DNA of 64,000 nucleotides, taken from an uncultured Dehalococcoidia bacterium. Its GTDB lineage: Bacteria; Chloroflexota; Dehalococcoidia; Lucifugimonadales; UBA1123. Location of the stretch: positions 5,758-69,757 of the forward strand of contig CAZXFX010000002.1 of NCBI GenBank assembly GCA_964640295.1, in the 5' to 3' direction. The translations under genes and the position numbers were made by a program. This document shows positions 1-9,375 of the stretch, piece after piece. A model generated the notes under the pieces. That model saw only the letters and a list, made by a program, of their open reading frames with translations. It was not told the DNA's origin and made no database searches. Position 1 is the stretch's first letter, and the number at the start of each line of letters is the position of its first letter.

Positions 1-351
1 GTATGCCCGCTATGCGGCCAAGCGATTATCCACGCGGATAATTGTACTTTGTCGAGGCCATTCATGTACAGTCCGGATTTGGCATTGAGCCTGTATCAGT
101 TTGGTTGGAGGATTGGATCACCCCCATCTGGTGAATAGTGAATGGAGAATTTGGAATATCCCGGATTTTCTTCAGCGCCTTTAGATTATTTGGAAATAGC
201 GTTAGACTCAGCGCATTGAGACGGGCCTGCTCGGGGCGGTTCTGCGAGAATGATATGGTTTCTGGCTGGAATCGAATGGGCCAGGATATAATCGGCGCCG
301 AGGCCGCCGATAGATGGCAGGCTTTGGCGACAATGAGACGTACAGGGCGCG

Positions 352-1272
352 GTGATGTCACGTTCCGGAATGGAAAGTCTGAGCAGAACGCATACAAGCG
401 GAGGCGTATCCGCAGGCGTCAGCATTGACGAAGCGTATGATATGTGCGCCCGACTCGCCAAGTCGCACTACGAGAATTTTACTGTCGCCTCTCTATTTCT
501 GCCGTCCGACAGGCGCAGGCACTTCTACGCAATCTACGCTTTTTGCAGGTTCGTTGACGATCTTGGAGACGAGTTCGAGGGAGACAGGCTGGCAGCGCTT
601 GACTATTGGCAGGAGGAGATGGAGTCTTGCTACGGCGGAACTCCGACACACCCGTATATGATGGCGCTCCGCAGCACAATCAGATCGTTCGACATACCGA
701 AGGAGCCTTTCCTGCGACTGATAGAGGCAAACAGGATGGATCAGAGCGTAACTCGGCATCCTACGTTCGCAGACCTGGAGCGCTATTGCAGACACTCCGC
801 CAATCCGGTCGGACATCTGGTACTGTACGTATCCGGCTACCGAGACGAGGAGCGGCAACGCCTGTCTGACTACACCTGCACCGCCCTTCAACTTGCCAAT
901 TTCTGGCAGGATATATCGCGCGATTTCGAGAAGGGGCGGATATATATTCCGGTGGAGGATATGGACACTTTTGGGTATTCGGAACGGGAACTGGCTCGGC
1001 GCGAAGTGACGAACGGCTATCGGAGACTGGTGAAGTTCCAGGTAGAACGGACTCGAAGCCTTTTCCACAAGGGACTGCCGCTCGTTGATATGGTGGATGA
1101 CGATCTGAAGCTGGACATAGCGCTGTTCAGTATGGGCGGCATGAAGATACTGGACAAAATAGAAGGACAGCGCTACGACGTTTTGAGCAAGCGCCCCACG
1201 GTTGGGAAAGGCGGCAAGACTCTTCTTCTGCTCAGGGCGCTGCTGAAGTTGAAGTTGCTGGGCAGAATGTGA
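352..1272 (+). CDS. hpnC: squalene/phytoene synthase family protein, HpnC-like (hydroxysqualene synthase)
   Basis: 306-aa ORF with SHYENFTVASLFLP and the Asp-rich YAFCRFVDDLGDE motif typical of HpnC-type enzymes. It is the first of two tandem paralogs followed by an FAD amine-oxidase gene. The start (GTG 352 or ATG 355) is unresolved. Confidence 0.75.
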   Translation: MMSRSGMESLSRTHTSGGVSAGVSIDEAYDMCARLAKSHYENFTVASLFLPSDRRRHFYAIYAFCRFVDDLGDEFEGDRLAALDYWQEEMESCYGGTPTHPYMMALRSTIRSFDIPKEPFLRLIEANRMDQSVTRHPTFADLERYCRHSANPVGHLVLYVSGYRDEERQRLSDYTCTALQLANFWQDISRDFEKGRIYIPVEDMDTFGYSERELARREVTNGYRRLVKFQVERTRSLFHKGLPLVDMVDDDLKLDIALFSMGGMKILDKIEGQRYDVLSKRPTVGKGGKTLLLLRALLKLKLLGRM

Positions 1273-1281
1273 GGCGGAGAC

Positions 1282-2160
1282 ATGACGAATGGCCTCGATT
1301 ATGCCTATGAGCGTTGCAGGCGCATAGCCAAGGCGGAGGCGAAGAACTTTTACTACGCATTTCGGACTCTCCCGCGCGCCAGGCGGAGAGCCATATACGC
1401 AGTCTATGCGTTTTGCCGTTACTGCGATGATGTCGCGGATGACGACCTGCCGCGCGAAGAGAAGAGAAGGCTGTTTGAACAGATTCGCCATCGCCTTTCA
1501 GATTCCAGTCGCGCTTATGAGGACCCTGTCTTCATGGCGCTGGAAGGTTCTATATCCGACTTCGCGATTCCCCGAATCTACTTCGAGGATGTGGTTCGGG
1601 GGGTGGAGACGGACCTGGACGCCTCCAGTTTCGACACGTTCGATGATTTGCGAGATTACTGCTACCTGGTCGCTTCGGTAGTTGGCCTCATTTGCATTGA
1701 GATTTTCGGATATGACGATCCATCGGCTGTCGAGTACGCTGTTGACCTGGGAATTGCGATGCAGCTTACGAACATCTTGCGCGACGTGAGAGAGGACGCG
1801 GAGAGGGGCCGCATCTACATACCGCTGGAGGACATTCGTCGGTTTGGTTACTCGACGACCGAGTTGATGGATGGGCGAAACAATGAGAGTTTTCGCGCTC
1901 TCATGGATTTTCAGGCGGCGCGCGCCAGACGGTATTTCGACTCCGGCGCGCGTCTCATGCCATTGCTGCGCCGAGAGTCGAGAGCGTGCGCCGCCACCCT
2001 GCATCAGACATACAGTAGAATACTAAATCGCATCGAGGAGTCCGGCTACGATGTCTTTGGCAGGCGAATCGGATTGAGCGCCGGCGAGAAGTTGCTTTTG
2101 GCAGCCAAGTTGTGGGCGACAAGCATGACGCCCGGTCTCGTAATCCGGCGTAATCGGTAA
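1282..2160 (+). CDS. hpnD: squalene/phytoene synthase family protein, HpnD-like (presqualene diphosphate synthase)
   Basis: 292-aa ORF with AKNFYYAFRTLP, YAFCRYCDDVADD and NILRDVREDAERGRIYIP, the two Asp-rich regions of CrtB/HpnD-type enzymes. GGAG-like RBS lies upstream, 9 nt after the hpnC stop. Confidence 0.75.
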   Translation: MTNGLDYAYERCRRIAKAEAKNFYYAFRTLPRARRRAIYAVYAFCRYCDDVADDDLPREEKRRLFEQIRHRLSDSSRAYEDPVFMALEGSISDFAIPRIYFEDVVRGVETDLDASSFDTFDDLRDYCYLVASVVGLICIEIFGYDDPSAVEYAVDLGIAMQLTNILRDVREDAERGRIYIPLEDIRRFGYSTTELMDGRNNESFRALMDFQAARARRYFDSGARLMPLLRRESRACAATLHQTYSRILNRIEESGYDVFGRRIGLSAGEKLLLAAKLWATSMTPGLVIRRNR

Positions 2161-2173
2161 GGAGACCTCTCCG

Positions 2174-3619
2174 GTGTCGAATGGATCGAGAGAGACGAGA
2201 GTCGCGACGCTGGGAGGAGGACTATCGGGCCTTTCGGCGGCGCGCTCGCTCATCGAGATGGGATATAGCGTAACGCTGGTCGAGAAACGCCCGTTTCTCG
2301 GGGGAAGGGCGTTTTCGTTCTATTCTAAAGAGAATGAAACGGAAGTGGACAACGGTCAGCATGTCTATATGGGCTGCTGCATCTACTATATTGATTTTCT
2401 TCGCGCCATTGGCGCATACGACGCCGCGTATCTCCAGGACTCGCTGAAAGCGGAAGTCATCCTCGATGGAAGAAAAGGAACGCTTTCCAGCGCGCCCGCG
2501 CTCGGTCCGTTTCACATGTTCCCGTCATTCCTGAGCTATCCACATCTTGGCGCTGTGGACAAGATACTGGCGGCGTATGGAATGTTGAGAGCGAGATTCG
2601 TCAACAGGCGAAAGAGCATCGCGTCGCTGGACTCCCAGACCTTCTACGATTGGCTGAAAAGCAATCATCAGACCGAAAAGACGATTGAAAACCTTTGGAA
2701 CCTCATAATACTTCCCACATTGAACGACGACGCGCGCCACGTCAACGCGGACATGGCTCTGATGGTGATCCAGGAGGGTTTGCTGAAGCGACCGGAGAGC
2801 GCGGCGATTGGGTATGCGCGAACGGGGCTTGGAACCATCGCGGACGTTCACGCGCGCCGCTTCATCGAAGAGAGCGGCGGTTCTATAATCGCCAGCAAGA
2901 CGGTTCGCTCGCTCATCTTCGATGGCGAAAATGTCGCTGGCGTCCGTCTTGCTGACGGATCGGCGCTGGAAGCGGACGCTTACGTATGCGCGCTTCCCTA
3001 CGACGCTCTTCTCCGCATACTACCTTCCGAAATAGCCTCCGCCCCATTCTTTGCGCCAATCGAGAATATCTCCGCCGCGCCGATTATAACCGCGCATCTC
3101 TGGTACGACCGAAAGGTGATGGATGAGGCGTTCCTCGCTTTTCTGGACAGCCCAATCCAGTGGATATTCAACCACACGCATATACAGGGAGAGGATGACG
3201 GCGCGGGTCAGCGCCTATGCGTTTCGCTGAGCGGCGCGTGGGAGTTCGTAGATCGCTCGAAGAACGACCTGAGGAGGCTGTTTGAAGACGAGATGACGCG
3301 GCTATTCCCTTTGGCGCGCGTCGCCACGCTGGAAAAATCGCTCATAATAAAGCATCCCAAAGCCACGTTCAGGCCTGAGACGGGCGCGGCGACGCGCAGA
3401 CTGTCTCAGGCGACTCCGATCTCAAATCTCTTTCTGGCGGGAGACTGGACGGACACTGGCTGGCCATCCACAATGGAGGGAGCGGTTCGGAGTGGAGTAT
3501 ACGCCGCGCTGGCGGTGTCTGAGAGATTCCCCTCTTTCGGGTTTCGTGGCGTTCTTGACACGTATGGGTATTCAAATCTTCATAAACCATCGCGTACTGA
3601 GAATACCGGGTTTCGTTGA
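2174..3619 (+). CDS. hpnE: FAD-dependent amine oxidase family, HpnE-like hydroxysqualene dehydroxylase
   Basis: 481-aa ORF with an N-terminal dinucleotide-binding GGGLSGLSAA...VTLVEKRPFLGGR motif and C-terminal LFLAGDWT. AAGGAG RBS precedes the GTG start. It lies directly after hpnC-hpnD. Confidence 0.7.
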   Translation: MSNGSRETRVATLGGGLSGLSAARSLIEMGYSVTLVEKRPFLGGRAFSFYSKENETEVDNGQHVYMGCCIYYIDFLRAIGAYDAAYLQDSLKAEVILDGRKGTLSSAPALGPFHMFPSFLSYPHLGAVDKILAAYGMLRARFVNRRKSIASLDSQTFYDWLKSNHQTEKTIENLWNLIILPTLNDDARHVNADMALMVIQEGLLKRPESAAIGYARTGLGTIADVHARRFIEESGGSIIASKTVRSLIFDGENVAGVRLADGSALEADAYVCALPYDALLRILPSEIASAPFFAPIENISAAPIITAHLWYDRKVMDEAFLAFLDSPIQWIFNHTHIQGEDDGAGQRLCVSLSGAWEFVDRSKNDLRRLFEDEMTRLFPLARVATLEKSLIIKHPKATFRPETGAATRRLSQATPISNLFLAGDWTDTGWPSTMEGAVRSGVYAALAVSERFPSFGFRGVLDTYGYSNLHKPSRTENTGFR

Positions 3620-3688
3620 CCCTGTCTCTGGCGTATTGCTAGACTCACCCTGAGAAAATAGAGATTCGCAGGAGGCTCACCGGGCGGA

Positions 3689-4849
3689 GTGGCGTTCAAA
3701 TTGGCGGCGGCCGCTTTAACGTGTTTAGCAATAGTCTTCGGCTCCTCCCATGTTGAGGCGCAAGTTGATTATCGCGTCGTCGAAGGCGTGGTGGTTAGCG
3801 GAACCGCCGGCGGCGCGGATATGTTCGGTCATGTCGTTACTCTGCATCGCGTCAAGTCCGCCGGATTCGAGGACCTCACCACTCTTACCGACGACTCGGG
3901 CGCGTTCAGGTTCGAGAATATAGAGTATGAACCATCCACCGGCTACGGCGTGTCGGTGCGCTATCAAGAGGCGATCTACGGCGTTGATTTGGATATGTCC
4001 GCAGGTTCGCCTCTTCCTGTCACCTTAACCGTCTATGAAGCCACCCACGACGATACGATCATATCTACCGGCGCGGCCTCGCTTCTGCTGGCGGCTGCGG
4101 ACGGTTCAGACCAGACAGTCGCGGCGCTGGAGATACTAACCCTGGTCAATGACTCGGACAAAGCATACGTACCAGGGTCGGGCGTAATGGAGTTGCTCAG
4201 GTTTGGCCTTCCCGCGGGAGCGACGGATCTTTCGCTGGATACGAGGCTGATTGGAGCGGATTTCATACAGGTGGACAGAGGCTTCGCGCTTCTGGCGAGC
4301 GTTCCGCCGGGCGAGCACGAGATCATGTTCTCTTACAGATTTCCGTACGGAAGCGATACGGTATCTCTTGACAAGTCGTACCGTTATGGCGCCGAGTCTC
4401 TTCGCATTCTGGCGCCTGAGGAAGAGCTTACTATTCTGGCGGAGGGTCTAGGCGAGCCTGAGGCGGTTACCATAGGCGAGCGGAAGTACCGCGTTCTGAC
4501 CGCCGATGGTTTGAATAGAGGGGATTCGATTTCTCTGGTTTTGGATGAACTGCCGACGCGCGGCCCCGCCGATATGGTTGGAAACAGCCTGTCCGGCGTC
4601 AGGTTTCAGTACGCCGCTCCGATAGCATTGAGCCTGCTGATGGTTTCTCTGCTTGTGTATGGAGCGATTTGGAAGGGAGCGAGCAGGCGCGCGCCGGCTT
4701 CCAGAATTGGGGTTTCCAATGAGCGCGCCATCATATTCAGGATGATAGCCGATCTGACTGACACCTACGAATCCGGGGACATATCCGACGAAGAATACCG
4801 CGAAAGACTCATGGTTCTGAACGCCAGGCTAACGGCGCTGGGCAAATAG
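3689..4849 (+). CDS. secreted, membrane-anchored protein (CarboxypepD_reg-like N-terminal domain, C-terminal TM helix, SHOCT-like tail)
   Basis: Signal-peptide-like N-terminus (AAALTCLAIVFGSSHVEAQ). A beta-sandwich-like segment (TDDSGAFRFENIEY) follows. A hydrophobic helix (APIALSLLMVSLLVYGAIW) is followed by SGDISDEEYRERLMVLNARL. Confidence 0.55.
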   Translation: MAFKLAAAALTCLAIVFGSSHVEAQVDYRVVEGVVVSGTAGGADMFGHVVTLHRVKSAGFEDLTTLTDDSGAFRFENIEYEPSTGYGVSVRYQEAIYGVDLDMSAGSPLPVTLTVYEATHDDTIISTGAASLLLAAADGSDQTVAALEILTLVNDSDKAYVPGSGVMELLRFGLPAGATDLSLDTRLIGADFIQVDRGFALLASVPPGEHEIMFSYRFPYGSDTVSLDKSYRYGAESLRILAPEEELTILAEGLGEPEAVTIGERKYRVLTADGLNRGDSISLVLDELPTRGPADMVGNSLSGVRFQYAAPIALSLLMVSLLVYGAIWKGASRRAPASRIGVSNERAIIFRMIADLTDTYESGDISDEEYRERLMVLNARLTALGK

Positions 4850-4888
4850 GGACAGCGGCGGCGCGAGCCTGTCTTGGCAGCGCAATAA

Positions 4889-4923
4889 AGAGGGGGACGG
4901 CCACCTTAGGCCGTCCCCCCTCT
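4889..4923. terminator. GC-rich hairpin between convergent genes (possible bidirectional terminator)
   Basis: AGAGGGGGACGGCC - loop - GGCCGTCCCCCCTCT near-perfect inverted repeat lying between the stop at 4849 (+) and the stop at 4959 (-). Confidence 0.55.
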
Positions 4924-4958
4924 ACTAGTTTCGCTTATATTCCGGCGCGGGCGTCTGA

Positions 4959-6998
4959 CTAGTCAGAGAACGCCGCCGCTACGGTTGCCGATGTCTTGCT
5001 GCTGAGATCGAAGCCTCCGATAGGGATGCTTCTGCCATTGCCGCCATTGTAGCCAGAGTTCTGGCTGCCGCCGGACAGTATCGAATTGATACGATTGAAC
5101 ATTGACGAAGCGCTGTCAATCGTAACCTGATTTATCTCTCCGCGCATGGTGGCGTGATTCTTCAGAAGAAGAGCGGCGGGCTTGTACGAATCGAACTCGC
5201 CGCCATTTATGTTGTTCTCCTTGAAGAACGTCTTCAGTCGCTCAACGATTCGGGGGTTGTTGTTGTCCGAAATAGCGCGCAGGGTGACAGGCTCTCTTAG
5301 CTGCGGCGCATAGGCCTGATTGACCAGCCTGAGATAGAATCCCGGATCGAGGAGGTCTTCCACGTCCGCGTCTCTCACCCTTGTTACTTCAATCCAGTTG
5401 ACCGGCGCACGGTCGGACGCGACCATGACGTCATTGAGCCTGTCTATCTGAGAGCGGCTCTCTTCAGGCACATCCATGAGGACGCCGAGGCTGGAGTAGC
5501 TATCTCCGAGGAGCGATATGAACGTGGGGAGGTTTTCGGGTCCGCCGACAGGTATCACGACCCATCTCGGATCGAGTTTGGGCGCCCCTTCCCCGGAGCA
5601 TATCTCACCGAGGACCTGTAGGTATATCAGGTCGGACGGCGAATTCACGAGGAGGCAGTGCGGCGCGAGGAACAGAGTCTGGACGAGCTGGAAGCCGAGC
5701 GCCATCTGGAGCGGGAAGACCGTGTCATGGCTATTCTCCAAGACATCCTGTCGGACGGTCGTTCCGAGATTGTCCATGTCCTCCACGGTTCTAACGCTGT
5801 TCAGATTGTTCAGGTCAATCATGAACGGGGAGTGGGTGGTATATGCGACTTGGTGCTTGGGAGCGAGCCGCTGGTTGATGAACCTCTGGAAGTCGTACTG
5901 CGCAAGAGCGTGCAGGCTGAGCGCGGGCTCATCCAGCAGGAATATCATGTCGCGGTCTTGTTCTTCCTGTATCTTCTCTATCATCGAGAAATAGACCAGG
6001 AAGCTGAAGAACCACACGAAGCCCTTCGAGCGTTCGTCGAATGGCACAGACACGCGGTGGCGGTCGTTCCAGACACGCACGTGCAGTATGGTGCCGCTGT
6101 TCAACGGCGGCGGGTCGTTGGGGTTGGCTCGTCCGAGATCGAACTGGACCCTCAACTGCTTGTTCTGCTTCCAGAACTCGAATATCTCATCGCTTATGCC
6201 AATTGACGCCGATTCCAATTCCGCCTTCAGGTATTCGAAGTTGGTTTCGTGTTCCAGATCGTCCAGATCGCTCCCGACCATGGAGAGCAACGCCATGAAA
6301 GTCCGGTCGGCATCGTCTATCTCGCTAGGGTTGGACATACGCTTCTTGATGTCTTCGATGGAGATCCGGCCGCGCATCGTGCTGTAGTTGTCGAAATACA
6401 CGAACACAGGGAGATAGCTCTCCAGATGATCCAGCACTATCTGCTGCCGAAGGTCTGTTTCCGGAAGACGGTTCAAGAGAGAGTCCACCGCGTCGTTGGC
6501 GGTCTCTATTGACTGGAGTCGGTCTCGTAGGTCATGCCAGGTTCCTACGGCGGATACATACTGGTGAATCTCCTGGGGCAGGCCGGCAGACTCAATGAGG
6601 TGCTTCACGACCACGCTTTCGTCCATGTCAAACTGCCAGGCGCGCTGGTTCTTGTAATTCTTGGACGCTATCACGCGGCGGGAGCGCAGCACTCCTTCCC
6701 CGTACTTGCTTTCAATCTCATTTACTTCTTCGTCGCTGAGTTCAAACTCCGCGCTCACTACTACGTCAGGCTGTTTTTCGTGGCGTCTCCTGTAGCGCAC
6801 ATAGCCCTTCCTGGGGTAGTCGCTCAGATTGAATTTCCCGCTGGCGCTGTCCACGGGGTTCAGGCGCCTCAGGGCTTGGAGATACGCTGTCTTGCCGGAC
6901 TCATTCTTGCCCACCATGCAAGTAACGTTTTCGAAATCCACCCATCCTGAATCGTCAATGCTTCGGTAGTTCGTCACTCTGGATCTAATCAGCTTCAT
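4959..6998 (-). CDS. ABC-type/AAA_15-like ATPase with C-terminal Toprim-like region (OLD-family or fused PARIS-like architecture)
   Basis: Walker A is GKNESGKT. Other motifs are RSKGFVWFFSF (signature-like), Walker B/D-loop FLLDEPALSLH and H-loop TTHSP. The C-terminal LLVNSPSD...VIPVGGPENL...VLMDVPE resembles a Toprim layout. ATG 6998 is preferred over ORF-track 7094 because AGGAGGA lies just upstream. Confidence 0.65.
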   Translation of the reverse strand: MKLIRSRVTNYRSIDDSGWVDFENVTCMVGKNESGKTAYLQALRRLNPVDSASGKFNLSDYPRKGYVRYRRRHEKQPDVVVSAEFELSDEEVNEIESKYGEGVLRSRRVIASKNYKNQRAWQFDMDESVVVKHLIESAGLPQEIHQYVSAVGTWHDLRDRLQSIETANDAVDSLLNRLPETDLRQQIVLDHLESYLPVFVYFDNYSTMRGRISIEDIKKRMSNPSEIDDADRTFMALLSMVGSDLDDLEHETNFEYLKAELESASIGISDEIFEFWKQNKQLRVQFDLGRANPNDPPPLNSGTILHVRVWNDRHRVSVPFDERSKGFVWFFSFLVYFSMIEKIQEEQDRDMIFLLDEPALSLHALAQYDFQRFINQRLAPKHQVAYTTHSPFMIDLNNLNSVRTVEDMDNLGTTVRQDVLENSHDTVFPLQMALGFQLVQTLFLAPHCLLVNSPSDLIYLQVLGEICSGEGAPKLDPRWVVIPVGGPENLPTFISLLGDSYSSLGVLMDVPEESRSQIDRLNDVMVASDRAPVNWIEVTRVRDADVEDLLDPGFYLRLVNQAYAPQLREPVTLRAISDNNNPRIVERLKTFFKENNINGGEFDSYKPAALLLKNHATMRGEINQVTIDSASSMFNRINSILSGGSQNSGYNGGNGRSIPIGGFDLSSKTSATVAAAFSD

Positions 6999-7297
6999 TT
7001 TTCCTCCTAGACAAAACTTCTGCGCGTCTCCGATATCCAATAATCCGTGTAATGAATTAGCGCGGCGCTTTTCTTCAGGGATTCTTCCTAACAAGGTTTT
7101 AATTCCTTCAGGCGGCGCCCCTGTCCACTGTCATTACAGGCTATCACCTACGCGCTGTTCTTCCGCAAGGAGTTTGTGCGCCTTGTTTTAGACTTGTATG
7201 AAAATTCGCCAACTCCTTTGGCGGCTGGCGGAGAGAAAATTCTCAGGCCAGACGACAGAGTTGGCGAATTGGCATCCACGCCTATTTTGTCAAAACG

Positions 7298-8146
7298 TTA
7301 AATCTGGCTGTAGCCTGATCCTTTCCTGTCCACGCCGGTTCCGCGCGCCTCGTCTATCCATCCGAACTCCTTTAATACCTCCTGGCTGTAGGTAACCCGG
7401 CCCGTTACCCTATCCAGTGGTTCGGTTGCAAGAAGCAGAGCGGATTTGGCCATGAGATCGGGATGCTCGCCGCGCGGGTCGTCTATTCCGGAGACCAGAT
7501 TGTGGAACACGGTTCCGGGCGTTGGGACGACTTGAGACGGCGAAACACAGGTGACAGAGATGCCGTACCTGTACACTTCTTGGGCCAGTCCCTGCGTGAA
7601 TCGCTCCAGCGCGGCCTTTTCCGCGCCGTAGCACGTTCCGCCGGAGTTGGCGGGCGCGTCAGGGTAAGGGCCTCTGCCTGGCCCAATGGCCGCTCCGGAA
7701 GATATATTGACGATGCTTCCGCCGCCCGCTTCGATCATGTCTTGCAGAGCCAGTTGGCTCAGTATGAAGGGAGCGTGGAAGTTTACGGCCCAAGACCGCA
7801 TCCAGCGGCGCAGCGGGTAGTCCTCGACGGGAATGAAATAGGTGAGCGCGGCGTTGTTCACCAGCGCGTCAACGCTCCCATAAGCGTCGTGGGCCTCCTG
7901 AAAGAGGCGCTCGCAGTCCTCCGGAAGTGAAATGTTCACCGCGGACGCTGTCGCTTCTCCGCCCGCCTCGCGTATATCCGAAACCGTCTTTTCAAGAGAC
8001 CCTTCCAGCGGATGGTCGCCCTCTCTGAGGGTGCGCGCGGCGGCAACGACTTTGCCGCCTTCTTCCGCAAACAGACGCGCTATCCCCGCTCCGATTCCCC
8101 TGCTCGCTCCAGTTACTATACAAACCTTTCCGTCCAGCTTGCCCAT
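7298..8146 (-). CDS. short-chain dehydrogenase/reductase (SDR) family oxidoreductase
   Basis: TGASRGIG cofactor motif and YGAEKAAL (YxxxK) catalytic motif. ATG 8146 (MGKLDGKV) with an AGGAG RBS is preferred over the 59-codon upstream extension. Confidence 0.85.
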   Translation of the reverse strand: MGKLDGKVCIVTGASRGIGAGIARLFAEEGGKVVAAARTLREGDHPLEGSLEKTVSDIREAGGEATASAVNISLPEDCERLFQEAHDAYGSVDALVNNAALTYFIPVEDYPLRRWMRSWAVNFHAPFILSQLALQDMIEAGGGSIVNISSGAAIGPGRGPYPDAPANSGGTCYGAEKAALERFTQGLAQEVYRYGISVTCVSPSQVVPTPGTVFHNLVSGIDDPRGEHPDLMAKSALLLATEPLDRVTGRVTYSQEVLKEFGWIDEARGTGVDRKGSGYSQI

Positions 8147-8280
8147 AAATAGCTCCTTCAGGCTATGTATCGTATCGTCGCTCATATTATATACACATAG
8201 GCTAACTCGCTTGGTAGGGTTGTCCACTCTGAGACGATGGAGTACATTTTCGATATATTCACATTGGAGGAGGTGAGTGA

Positions 8281-9198
8281 ATGTCTGAAAGGCAAACGCC
8301 GAGCAAAGTGGAAGTAATGTCATATTTGAGAGAGCGTCGAAACTGGGGCAGATGGGGCGAAAAAGGCTCTGCCGGCGCGATCAACCTCATAGACGCCGCA
8401 AAGCGGATCGAGGCGGTCGGCTTGGTGAAGAATGGGCGAACCGTCTCTCTGAGCAGGCCGTTTCCGGTAGAGCCGAGGGTGGAGAATCCGAGGCCGGCTC
8501 AACACTTCATGTCGGTCATGGACAGACCGCACGGCGGAGGCGCCGCGATGGACTACTATGGAGTCTATTACCATGGCACAGCGACGACCCACATAGACGC
8601 TCTCTGCCATGTTTGGGATTCGGGCGGAATGTGGGACGGCAAATCGCCGGACGAAATCCTGACTTTTTCGGGTGGAACATACGGCACGGTTGACGCCTGG
8701 AGCGACGGCATACTCACACGGGGCGTTTTGCTGGACGTTCCGCGTCACAGAGGGGTTTCATACGTTACGGTTGACGCTCCCGTACATGGATGGGAGCTGG
8801 AGGACATCGCTACCGCGCAAGGCGTGGAAATAAGGGCAGGCGACGCTGTCATGGTATATAGCGGTCGAGAGGCGTATGCCGCGGAGCGAGGCGGAAACTG
8901 GGGCGGGGGCGATTCGAGGCCGGGACTTCATGCGTCTTGTCTTAAATTTGTTCGAGACAATGACATCTCGATTCTTGGGTGGGACATGATGGACGCTTCT
9001 CCCAACGAATACGATATTCCGTGGACGGTTCACGGGGTGATATTCGCCTATGGAGTCGCGCTCTTGGACAACTCCCTGCTGGAGCCGCTGGCGGATGCCT
9101 GCGCTGAAGAGGGCCGTCACGAGTTCATGCTGACGATCAATCCTCTCAACGTAATCGGCGGAACCGGGTCTCCGGTCAACCCGATAGCTGTCTTCTAG
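8281..9198 (+). CDS. cyclase family protein (kynurenine formamidase-like fold)
   Basis: 305-aa ORF with YYHGTATTHIDALCH, which resembles the HxGTHxDxPxH metal-binding motif of the putative cyclase family. Confidence 0.7.
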   Translation: MSERQTPSKVEVMSYLRERRNWGRWGEKGSAGAINLIDAAKRIEAVGLVKNGRTVSLSRPFPVEPRVENPRPAQHFMSVMDRPHGGGAAMDYYGVYYHGTATTHIDALCHVWDSGGMWDGKSPDEILTFSGGTYGTVDAWSDGILTRGVLLDVPRHRGVSYVTVDAPVHGWELEDIATAQGVEIRAGDAVMVYSGREAYAAERGGNWGGGDSRPGLHASCLKFVRDNDISILGWDMMDASPNEYDIPWTVHGVIFAYGVALLDNSLLEPLADACAEEGRHEFMLTINPLNVIGGTGSPVNPIAVF

Positions 9199-9250
9199 TA
9201 CTAAGTAGTATCTGGGGATTTAGATTCAACGTGATTATTTGAAGCACGAG

Positions 9251-9285
9251 CCCCGCGCCGACGAATATCAACCGTCGGCGCGGGG
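9251..9285 (+). terminator. Rho-independent terminator candidate
   Basis: Perfect 13-bp stem CCCCGCGCCGACG / CGTCGGCGCGGGG with a 9-nt loop, followed by a T-rich tract (TGTCTTTGTTT). It lies downstream of the cyclase gene. Confidence 0.6.
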
Positions 9286-9375
9286 ATGTCTTTGTTTGCG
9301 AACGCCTATCTTCTCAGACTCGCTTCGGTCGCCCATCCAACATCCAACAATCGGCGCGCTCACCTTCTAAACCGG

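Noticed and set aside
493-1491. 332-aa ORF on the minus strand opposite hpnC/hpnD
   Set aside because: It lies antisense to two ORFs with clear squalene-synthase motifs and has no recognisable motif of its own. This is a typical shadow ORF of G+C-rich coding DNA.
6999-7094. 32-codon N-terminal extension of the OLD-like ATPase (and the similar 59-codon extension of the SDR at 8147-8323)
   Set aside because: Internal ATGs at 6998 and 8146 are preceded by AGGAGGA and AGGAG and coincide with the start of the conserved domains. The extensions have no RBS, and the SDR extension would run into the divergent cyclase gene start.
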